In this document: piece by piece, positions 21,046-30,866 of the stretch | Numbering within the stretch: the first letter of the stretch is position 1 | How the letters are laid out: each line of letters starts with the position of its first letter | Assembly: GCA_019828565.1 (NCBI GenBank) | Contig: JAHDYR010000059.1 | Coordinates: 1-50,697 of the forward strand | Direction of reading: 5' to 3' | Source of the DNA: Carpediemonas membranifera BICM | Taxonomy: Eukaryota > Protista > Fornicata | Length of the DNA: 50,697 bases | The notes under the pieces: generated by a model | The model's input: the letters and a program-made list of their open reading frames with translations, nothing else | The model's database searches: none | Told to the model about the DNA's origin: nothing | Program-made: the position numbers and the translations under genes

Positions 21046-21855
21046 ATGGCGAGAAGAAAGGCGCTCCCACCAAAGCCGCAGCCTGGGGGTATCAGAATAC
21101 CCATTACGTCCACTGCGGGCAAGACGCCGCCGTCTGCGCCTTCAAATGATTCTCAGGAGGATTCCTCAAGCGAAGATTCCATCATTGAATCCGTTGTGCA
21201 TACTCAGGCACTGCATCCGGATCTGGTCGCCGCGATCTACCCAAACACTCCCGAGGAGTCGATCAGGGAGCTTAAGGAGGCCGAGAAGGACCTTCCTCCC
21301 CTCGAACCCCCCGAGTTGGTTATCCACCCGGCTGACCCACCCCTCCATTGCCGTTGAGGTGCAGCCTTGTCTGGCTCCCGACCACACGGACGTGGGTAGA
21401 GGCCTCATTGCAACTGCCGCAATTGAGCCCGGAAAGCTCCTCGGCATTTACGCCGGTAGGATTGTGTCCGACGAGGACTACCACGCGAATAACAGCAACA
21501 TGGTGTTTGTTCATTGTTCATTATGCCTTTACACAGCATTTCATTCGACGCTAGCAACCTTCACGTCGACGCCGGCGAAGGTGAAGGCATTGGTGTACAC
21601 CTCATCAACCACAGTGAGAGTGACACCAACTGCCAGTTCACCAACCGTTTGCTCAAGGACCTTCCAGTCCTTGCGGTTGAGTCGACGAACGTCATTCAGG
21701 CCGAAGAGTTTCTTCGTATCAGTTACGGCGAGATCTTCTTTGATGCGGGTGAGGTCTTAACCATTGCTAGGTTCCCGAGTCTGCCCATTTCTCATCCGAA
21801 CTATCTCACAAGGTTCCTGGAGCAGTATCCGGCACTCAAGAAGCGGAAGAAATGA
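21046..21855 (+). CDS. SET-domain methyltransferase; +1 indel ~21337 and 32-nt intron 21505-21536
   Basis: GRGLIA, IYAG, VDA, INHS, EEFLRISYG SET motifs across three frames. Removing GTTTGT...TTACACAG restores the frame (NMVISFDA). Confidence 0.85.
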
Positions 21856-21881
21856 ATTAAAATGTCAAAACATCTCTTTTT

Positions 21882-24058
21882 TTACTCGGGAACTCCACGC
21901 TTAACGTCCTCGGCATCAACAACTCTCTTTTCGCGATCCTTATCGACTGCCTTGCGCTTGATATAAGTCGTATGAGCCTTTCTCTTACCACCCTTTGAAC
22001 GTTTGCGGACAAATAGCGTCGCATGCTCATCCTTGACGACCACAATAGCTTGCGCCGCAGCCACATCTTCATCAGATCCACGCCGGACCATGCCGGACTC
22101 ATAAACTTCCGTCAAATGCATCCGCACAATATACTTGTCATGGTACGTCAACATCTTGACCCAGATAACGACTACAGTCTTGCTCTTCAGAGCTGACCAG
22201 GCCATGACACCAAAGTTGCTGTACCAATCAGTGGCATCGTCGAACATCAGGGTGGGCACGAACACGTTAGACGTCTCAAGCCTCAGCCTCTCGCCAGCAT
22301 CGGAGAATCCCCAGGCGCGCACCTCCTCCCTCACTGCTGCCACTTCCTCTGCCGCAAACTTCTTGTCGAACTCGCCATTCTCAACCTTCTGCAGGCAGTA
22401 GCCGATGCACAATCCATCCGGGTTGACTGCAATCTTCCGCCAACTCTTACGATCTTTGAGAACTCGCTCGCCTACCTTGTCGTACTCCACGTCGATGTAC
22501 TTCTGCCTATCAACGTCGCTCCGTAAGTATATCTGCATATGGGGAACATTGGCAGGCGTCGGAGAGTGCTGTTTGATGATAGCCTTCATCTCTGGCGACA
22601 GACCGAGGTCGAGAGGTGGGACCGTTATGAACTTCTGGCCCCCGTACCTCATCATGGTGCTATTGATCCGAGTCCATAAGGCTCCAGTCACATTGTTCCT
22701 CTGGAACAGTACCATCAAGGCAGCGAGAGGAACGTAGCGGTCAAGCTCCACTGTTGCCTCCTCGGCGCGCCTGACAAGCTCAGCCCAGTTGTCCTCGAGT
22801 TCATCGGCGAGCGCTTCAAGCCCAGCCTCACTCGCGCGTGCCAACTCTGCTTGAGTAAACTGATGGATCGCCTGATCCTCGGCCTTCTGCTGACCTAACT
22901 CAGCTTCAAGTCTCTTCTGGGACTCCTCAGACTCTCTGTTAGCCTGTTCAAGCGCCTCCCTCGCCTCCCTCTCCTCAGCAAGCCGTTTTATCAAGGGCTC
23001 GTACTGCTCCAACAAGCGCACAGACTCAGGGACATCATCAAGGCCTGCAATGGTGTCGTCTAGCTGCTGAAGGAGAGAACCAACGGTGTCTGTGTCGTCC
23101 ACATCAGACTCTACGTCGATGTCTTGATCAGTCTGGGGCAAAGGAACGCCGTCACCCTGCATGGCGGCCGGTTCAGAGTGGCCATCGGACTCGGACTCGT
23201 CAGTGTCGGAAAATTCATCGTGTGTCGTGGACTCTGCGTCGACAACCGGAAGCGGCTGAGGGGCAGCAACGACGGAAGAAGGCTTGGTGGCTGCTGCTGA
23301 GCGATCCTGGGCCCGGACTAACTCCTCTTGGACCTTCATCAGAGCAGCAGTCGATGAGGCGAGCTCCTTCTCAAGACGAGCGATCTTCCTCTTCAGAGGA
23401 GCTGACGGATCGAGCGAACCGATCTTAGCCAACTCCTCGGCCAGCTTCTCTGAGCCAGCGAAGGACAGCTTCTTGCTGAGCTGGGCGTGGGCGATAAACT
23501 GGCCAAATTGGCCTGCCGGAACACGAGAATCGAGTTTCTTCGAGTCCTTGTGGCGCAACACAAGGTGGAATGCGCGGTAAATCTCAACCTGCTTCTCAAC
23601 AGGGGAGCGAGTCGACGCCGACTAGAGCCTTATGAACAGATTTGGCGGTGAAGTGGTCACAAAACTTCCGTCGGAATGCCTCAATTGTGTCGGGAGAGTC
23701 AAAGTCGACCTCGCAGAGGTAGTTGCGGTTAGTTGCGTCACATATCGCGCGTAGTTTGGCAACTCCATAGTCGTGAACGTGCTGGCTTAAAGTGCGCTTC
23801 AACGGGAACCCGAAAACAACGTTGATCGTACGAATGCTGATCAGACGGACGCAAACGAAGAACAGAGGGTCATCAGAGACGATGCCGTGATCTTGCAGCC
23901 AGGTTATACGGCTCTTTGTGGACGAAAGGGCGTCGTATGCACGGAATGAATCATCTGTGTAAATAGGACCGTGAAAATGAAAGTGACATACCAGAATCGT
24001 CAGGAGCAAGCATTGTCTCCTTCAGTTTGCCGAGAGAGATGATGTCTTCGTTAACCAT
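21882..24058 (-). CDS. Coiled-coil protein with C-terminal OTU-like cysteine protease; 37-nt intron 23955-23991 and +1 indel at 23602-23605
   Basis: VNPDGLCIGYCL (OTU DGxC), conserved W (DWYS), C-terminal DEHATL His. Removing GTATGT...TTACACAG joins MVNEDII... in frame. Basic NLS-like tail. Confidence 0.75.
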
Positions 24059-24257
24059 TGTCAATTTGGTCCTCAGAAGACTTTCTCGAAAAATGAAATA
24101 CGTTTTATCTCAATAAATATTGCCAGCTGTCATGTAAATACCTCCGATCAGCCATAAAGACCCAAGAGCTACCCCCTTGGCCGATTTTCAGCTCATTCTG
24201 CACCTGCGCTGTTTTGGCCGTTTTTCGATGGGCATCTCATCGCTCCATTTTCGATTT

Positions 24258-24322
24258 TGTCAATTTGGTCCTCAGAGGACACAGATTAAATTTTTCAGTG
24301 TCCTCTGAGGACAACATTGACA
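24258..24322. repeat. 25-bp imperfect inverted repeat; a third (direct) copy at 24059-24081
   Basis: TGTCAATTTGGTCCTCAGAGGACAC versus GTGTCCTCTGAGGACAACATTGACA. Confidence 0.7.
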
Positions 24323-24362
24323 GGATTTGTAGCTTATCCATGGCCAGAAACTGAAATCGCTG

Positions 24363-24413
24363 AAAAGCTCAGAGACGTCGTTATATCATCTATAACGGCA
24401 TCTCTGAGCTTTT
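24363..24413. repeat. Hairpin-forming inverted repeat (23-bp arms, 5-nt loop)
   Basis: AAAAGCTCAGAGACGTCGTTATA-tcatc-TATAACGGCATCTCTGAGCTTTT, two differences between arms. Confidence 0.75.
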
Positions 24414-24738
24414 GGGCGCACGGTTTCATCCTGACGTGGAGATCGATGGTGGTGAAAATGAAGAATTGACTAGGAGAGCTCTACGCTTGCATGCAGCCTT
24501 CTATTAGGTTGTTGATGTTGGTTATATGCTTCTTTTTCGTTCTCGATGCGTGTGGATGAGTATTCTGTTGCAAGATTCATTTTGATGGACTGATGTTGGT
24601 TATAGAGGATAAAGGCACCAGAATGGATCATATGCATGCTATAAACCCGTTCTGTGCCGTTGGAATACCATAGCTGCGCAGCAATGTCGAGAGTCACAGT
24701 TCATTTCACATTTTCACACGCATTTTAAGGAAACAACG

Positions 24739-25501
24739 ATGGCAAGAAGTAAACAAGGCAATATACAGGCCACTGAAGCTCAAAAGGAGAGGAGAATGGC
24801 TCTTGGCAAGAAAGCGCAGCAAAAAGAGCCAGAGCAAGTCCAACAAGTCCACGAAAACAGCCCGAAAAGCTCACAAGACGCCCATCGAGATCGTTCAGAC
24901 CTTTATCAGCAATTTCCTCCTTAATAATGACGATATTACCCGCGCAAACGGATGGGTTGTCGACTTCAGCCAGAAGTTTGCCGCCGAGGTCCCTAAAATG
25001 AAAGTAGCCTCCTTGAAGAAGGACAAGCTCTACGGCAATCTCCAGTCGGTCGAAGAGATCAGCCGCAAGTGGCAGGGAGGCGGTGATGAGGACAAGCGTC
25101 ACCGCTTCAAGGCTCTCCTCAGTCTTGACGCCCAGACAGATGAGCTGGACACGGACGACCCACTCATCGCGACTGTCCGCGAGATGGATGATGCCTTTCA
25201 CCGCATTCCCATCGCCTACCGGGCTAAGGTCCATGCCTTCGCTGCTTCATCGTGCGGTGTGACGGTCGATGACGTCAAGCTCGTCCTGAGCAAGCCTTGC
25301 CGTGACCGCGACGCGGATCTCATCTTCGCCAGACCCACCAGAGTTCTGAAGAAGGAGGCTAAGACACTCAGTCAGCTCACTTCTGTCATTGCCAAGCGGA
25401 ATGCGGAACGTGCTGAGGCTGAATCGCGTGATGTGCTGCGTCGCAAGGTATACCAAGCCATCATGAATTACTACTTAGAGTGTTCGGCACAGGAGCTATA
25501 A
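24739..25501 (+). CDS. Basic protein with histone-H3-like N-terminus (MARSKQ...KTARK); +1 indel near 24800
   Basis: ATG ORF 24739 overlaps the 24803 frame by a one-base shift; K/R/S-rich tail followed by a helical domain. Confidence 0.6.
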
Positions 25502-25525
25502 ATTCTTGTTTTATTTTCATTTCAT

Positions 25526-26451
25526 TTACACTTCTTCGTCATCCTCAACGGAAATATTCCATTCACTGTCCCAGAAGTTGGCTTTCTTCTCCTTACGCAT
25601 CTCGGTCCTCGTTTCCTTGATCTCTTTGACCAGCGTGAAAGAACGAAGGTTGTAATGGCGGATAATCATCAACTTCTGCCTGATTCGGGTGACGTTAGGC
25701 CGTTTTGCCGCACGTTCACGGCGCACGGACACACGGGTGCGTTCCACGAACGAGTCAACACTCCTCTTGTCGGAAGCAGGCATCCCATGAGCGTGCTGAT
25801 CAAGTCTATTACCATGGTTGGTCACGCGGATCAACGTAGAGCCTTGCATTATCATCCCACAGCACTCTGTCAGGCTCTTGCCGAGGTTGGTCCACTTGTT
25901 GGGACCCATCGTGCCCTCCATCGTGACAATGGCAAGTGGGTTGCCCCCCGTGTCCACCAGCTGCTCGACCTGCGACGGGTCCGATGACTCCTTGAGGCCA
26001 AAGGACGCATACATGTCCTGGAGTCGCTTGTCGCACTGCAGTCGGACGAGTTCTTCGGCAGATGCTATGCTAAGAAGCACCCTCGCGAACCCAAGACCTC
26101 TGCAGGAGACGGCTGTCCGTAAGCCGATGACAAACCGCTCCTGGTGCAGTTGTCCGCTCAGGGTCTGCCCCTCCCTGTACGACTCGCGGAAGAGAAGGCA
26201 TGCAGCCTTGATGTTGTCCATCTCAACCCCACGAATTGCGATGAGACTGTGTTAACAAGAAGTGTAGTGGGTCTGACATACATGACGAATGAGTAGTTCA
26301 GACAGTCGAGGTTCGAAGTCGCCAGATCTCTGTTGAAGAAGGCCCTGACAGACGGCAAGAGCTCAGACTTGTCTGAAAGCTTGACATATTGAATATAGGC
26401 CTTGTGTTGCGATAAATTCATCGTCAGCCATGTCGGAAGTGGCGTTTCCAT
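25526..26451 (-). CDS. GNAT-family acetyltransferase; 35-nt intron 26247-26281
   Basis: Acetyl-CoA motif A (LRTAVSCRGLGFARVLL) and motif B (QDMYASFGL). Removing GTATGT...TTAACACAG fuses METPLP... in frame with MDNIK... Confidence 0.78.
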
Positions 26452-26573
26452 TGTTTTTCACCAAACAAGTGACGTAATGTGAAAATTGTGAAACTACCAA
26501 TGTTGAAAAAAAAATTGGTAGTTGGGGAAACACACCAAATGGGATGTACTGACCAATAAAACTCCTTTACTCA

Positions 26574-29113
26574 CTACTCAGCGCGTGCATGACCGCAAAT
26601 GCAGCAAACAAGCTCCTCACCCATGTCTGCCAACTCGCAAACCATCACCCCAGACTCTTCGTCCCATGCCAAAGCCGTATAATCGTTGACGTACTGCCAC
26701 ATCTCGTCAACGAGCTCCTGGAAGAGGCGCACCACCGCCGCCGTGGCATGGAATTGGTGCCTTGCCTCCATGTGGCTGCGAATGGCGAACCATGAGCGAG
26801 CTTGTCTGCAGCATTGGTGGACTCGGACACGACGAAGCCTGTTCAGCGGGGGGGACTGAGTAGTCCTGGCGACCGAACGAGCGAATACCCGTTAAGAACG
26901 TGCAGATGAGGGTGGTCTGCTCGGTCAAACACAGCTTCTCGATCATGGCCGACCTGTGCAACTCGGCTCGGACCTCCTGGTTCTTGATGAACTCTCTCTC
27001 AAAGAACTCCTCGAGGAGGTAAAAAAAGAGGAATGCGGAGATGATCGTGAAGAAGAGGCTGGGCAGTGAGCCTGCTGTTGACATAGAGTGTCTGGGCACA
27101 TGGCTTCTCCGCCTTGTATGCTTGCCCAGGAGGGAGCAACGCCAGCTTTGTCTGGTGTGCCTGCAGACTGAGCATGACGTGGAACAGGTGGCACATGGAC
27201 GCGGCCAAGAAGTGGAATGCGACTTTGCTGTCGGTGACAGGCTCGGTTGAGTAGTAAAGAGCCTGGAGATAGCCAATGAGTCGCACAATATCTTGGACGG
27301 ACTCAGGAAGAGCCTCGTAATCCTCGTTCGTGGTGTTCGCCATGCGAACTCTGGCAGCAGACTGCTCGTTGCACCCGACAGTGCGGTCAATACTGCGGTT
27401 GGATGACATGCGCTGGAGCTTGCGCTTGTCTACGGCAGTTGCGTTCCGATCAGCGGGGAAGCTGGCGCATAGCCGTGCCACTTGCTCGAGCAGGCGGTGC
27501 GAGTTGTGCATGATCGGAGGACAAAAGACAACTCGCTCCGTGTGGATGACTCGGGGCTCTGGCCGGTTCTCGAAGATGGCCCTCTTGTCGGAGAAGTTGC
27601 CATACTCCTCTTTCGGGTCCTGCACACGGTCGGGGTCGGCCTGCACGGCGTGGAACGCTGCCTTCTGCTCGAGCAAATCATGCAAGGTGACCCGAGAGTG
27701 CGCCGGAATGGGGTGCAGCGCCTTGTGGTCTCGACGGATGCTGTTGAAGGGCTGGGGATAGTGCCCTCCATTACCCTCGATGCCGGATGACAGCTTCCTG
27801 ATGGCCGCGTGATCGCCCATGACGATGACTTGGTCGAAGGTGGTGACCTGGTCAGTTCCTCTGATCGGTATGAGGGCTTGATAGATCCGCTCGACTTCTT
27901 CCTCAACGAGTTGAAGGTTTCCCTCCTCCGTCAGCTCCTTCTCACCGGCAAGACACTCAACGAGTCGGAAGGGGGGAGTGATGCGGTTAGGGAACGTGAA
28001 GCCTGACGGGTCGTAGATGCGGATCTTGAACGTTGCGGTATGTCCCTTCCATGCGTCGAGCCACAGGAGTAGTTTTAGTGGTTGGAACTCGACATGGCCT
28101 GGGTCCTGAAGGGCACGAGAGCAACGCTCGAAGTTCGTCTGGTCAGACTCGAGCCACTCCGGGTGAAGCACTGCCTGCTGCAGATAGTACACGCCATCGA
28201 ACCACACCGTTTCCACCTTGTCCCAGGTCGAGCTGTTCAGTCGCTTGCCCAGATGGGCGATGCCTACACTGCCTTTGAGGGACTGGTAGTGCTGGACAGC
28301 GTCGGATTCGCTGTCATAGTGGAGGGTGAGCGTCGGTCGCTCCCAAGTGTGGTCGGCGACGAGGTCGTGGTCGAAAAACGGAGTCGGCTCGGCTCCGTCG
28401 GCTACAGTCAAACGGTTCGTGAGCTCAAGTCGCGACTGCGTGCCGGACATGGTACGCCGCCATGTTGTATTGCCTGAGACCGACCTGCACGGCACGAGAT
28501 GCTTGACGAAGGCGCGCTCCTCCTCAGTGAGGGCCTCTGAGACACCAGATATTCTGGTCATGTCAATGCCAAGGTCCTTAATGAGCACCTCCGCGGTCTT
28601 GTTCTTCGAGATCGGCTTTCCAAGCCGGCGGGAGATGTTGTTGATGAGCTTAAAGAGCTCTTGGGTCGAGTTGAAGCCATTGCGGACGTACATCAGGATC
28701 GATGTGAGCTCCATGATCTCAGAAAAGTTGGCGGAGCGCTCCTCTGAGTCGTTGTAGTCCTGCACAGCACGCTCCTGGATGGCGTGGGTGCGGTAATCGT
28801 CCCGTACGAAGACAGGGTGAGGAGGGTGTTGATTTCCGTGTGCGGTTGCGGCACGTTGGAAGGGACGGGAGTCTGCTGGAGGGCGGAAGAACCTTGCGTC
28901 GTGAATGCGCTGGGAGATCAGGTCCGCCTCCTCCATCTCGCGGACGAGCTGGCAGAATTGCTCGCGCTGAGGTCTTGTTCTGGCGGAGTTGAGGCCAATT
29001 CCGACCATGGCGAAGTAGGTACAGCCAAGAAGGTAATTCATGCGCTCAACTGAGCGTGGCTGGTCATCATATATTGTACCGATGTGGCTCTCGAACACAA
29101 TATGAGCAACCAT
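26574..29113 (-). CDS. DDE transposase related to Transib/RAG1/Chapaev (CMC); two +1 homopolymer indels (27021-27027, 26848-26854)
   Basis: D1 LLWLDAW; D2 MGDHAAIRKLSSG..GHYP; PPIMH. After indel correction, TLYVNSRLTAQP...LLEEFFE parallels RAG1 TNYFHKTLAHVP...SEGNE. Largest gene inside the TIRs. Confidence 0.7.
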
Positions 29114-30151
29114 GATTTCTGTAGAGTTTAAAAAAACAAGATTTTTGTACAAAAACTAGGCAGGTACATGCGCAACGGTCTGTGAGATAAATCAGACAAT
29201 TTGGCTGTTGCTATAGCTCTATAAGAGCAGCTACAACTGCGCTGCCGGGGTTCCTTCTTCTTCTCTGGCCGTTTCAACACTATTTCACAATTTCACCAGT
29301 TTCACACAATTGGTGAAACAATGTTCAGAACTCCTTCAGTTTATGGACGTTGGCTCCGAAACTAAAAGCAGTGTGTGTATGAGAGTGCCTGATTAAGATT
29401 CATCTGATTTTCATCTGCATTACTTGCGAATTTGCTGTTGTGCTCCTTGTGCACAAAAAAAGCAAATCTGGATTTGATCTCGAATATTGCCATGATGAAG
29501 GCGACACAAAATGCTCATTTGCCAACCAGTGCAGCTAGAAGAAAATGGTAAAAAGTTATGGATACTGCATGGGATGAGGCCCCCGTTGATGTGTTAAACG
29601 GCCATGATCGACCGCTCAACGTCAGCGCCTCTTTGGGCACCTTCTGCGGCGGTGGATCATGCCAATTGCCGATCTCAGCTCTATGGAGCTAAGTGCACTT
29701 GAGCTCTGAGCCAAGTCTTCTGATTCCATCTTATCGCCGATAAAAAAATTGCAAATTTTGAGATACAGAAGATTGAATCTGTCCCCCAGAAAACCGAACA
29801 TACTCCGATGATGTATACTGACTATATACCACCGTAGTATGGCCTGCTTTCTGGGGGACAGCTTCATTCTTTTGATTGGTTGATTCAGTCATTAGTTCCC
29901 GGCGACTGAGAAGGAGTTGACGCATAAAAACAACAGAGGATACTCTTTAGAACACACAGACTTTGCTGACAAGGCCACTTGGTCGTACGACCACTTTTGC
30001 CTTCGACCTTAAAATGCGAGAGGCAATTTGCTCGACCACCAATCTCGCACATGTTACATCAAGCATGGATATGTCATTAATGCACTCGCATCTATCATTT
30101 CAGCTGCTTCTTAGGACTTCGAACGCCCTGAAGCACGAATAAGGAATTTGC

Positions 30152-30199
30152 GTTTATCCTCCGTATATCCCCGGATTAACTGGCCATTCTAACAGTATG
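30152..30199 (-). repeat. Right TIR
   Basis: Perfect inverted match to 18070-18117. Confidence 0.95.
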
Positions 30200-30738
30200 C
30201 GGCATGAATCCCCCGGAGGGGGAGCCCTCCCTGCCCGCCTCGCCTGTAGGCGCCGTTGCCGGCGCTCGTAGGCTGGGAAACCCGGGGTCAGGGAGTAATC
30301 GGCCTTGGAGGTGAACATCACGAAGGCCGGCCCGCATCGGGGCAGTGGCCGGCGCTGTTGGTCCTCGCGGTGGATTTTCCAGGCCGCCTGGCTTACCCAC
30401 CATGGCCTTCCGGTTATCAGGGCGTAGTGGTATAGCAGGATGTCATTTTCTAGCATTTGGGTAGCCGTTATTTCCCTTTCTCGGCTGGGATTCTGCCACC
30501 ACTGTAGCTGGTGATCCACTCCTGGGGGGAAGGGATCCTTTATCTTGCTATACCCTTTTAGGTCGCCGTACATCCGGATCAAGTCGGCGATTTTCTCGGT
30601 TCTCGTGCGCTCCTTGCGTAGAGGAGGCCCTATGGGATGCTCGGGGAGGAGATCTTCTGCTCGGGCAACGTACCCGCCCTGTGGGTTCCTGGGAAACGCG
30701 TCCATTGCCGGCCGGTGGCTCGGATGAGGAGGGTGCAT
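30200..30738 (-). pseudogene. 5' half of the LINE ORF interrupted by the DNA transposon
   Basis: MHPPHPSH... reads into the TIR at 30199 and rejoins 18067 in frame. Confidence 0.72.
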
Positions 30739-30866
30739 TTTAGTGCTCCATCACCTGATCACACCATAGCCTTGTGGCGTTGCACGTTGGCCTTTCCGAG
30801 CAGGGGCGGGGAGGTGTGGCCTATTGCCTGAGATGCGGGGTCGGTTGCGAACCTTGTAGCCATAAT

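Larger units (their letters stand above)
18070..30199. mobile_element. 12,130-bp cut-and-paste DNA transposon with 48-bp perfect TIRs, 2-bp TSD (CG), a Transib/CMC-like transposase and multiple cargo genes
   Basis: 18070-18117 is the exact reverse complement of 30152-30199; CG at 18068-69 and 30200-01; excision restores the host ORF; AT-richer intergenic DNA than the flanks. Confidence 0.9.

Noticed and set aside
29330-30151. Short ORFs near the right TIR
   Set aside because: No recognisable motif or convincing gene structure; left unannotated.
18070-30199. Polinton/virophage or endogenous virus
   Set aside because: No protein-primed polymerase, packaging ATPase, capsid or rve integrase motifs seen; the TSD is not 6 bp.
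18068-30201. 50-bp TIR with no TSD, or the repeat being the shared 5' end of two separate elements
   Set aside because: The flanking ORF is restored in frame only if exactly one CG is kept, supporting a 48-bp TIR plus CG TSD around one insert.
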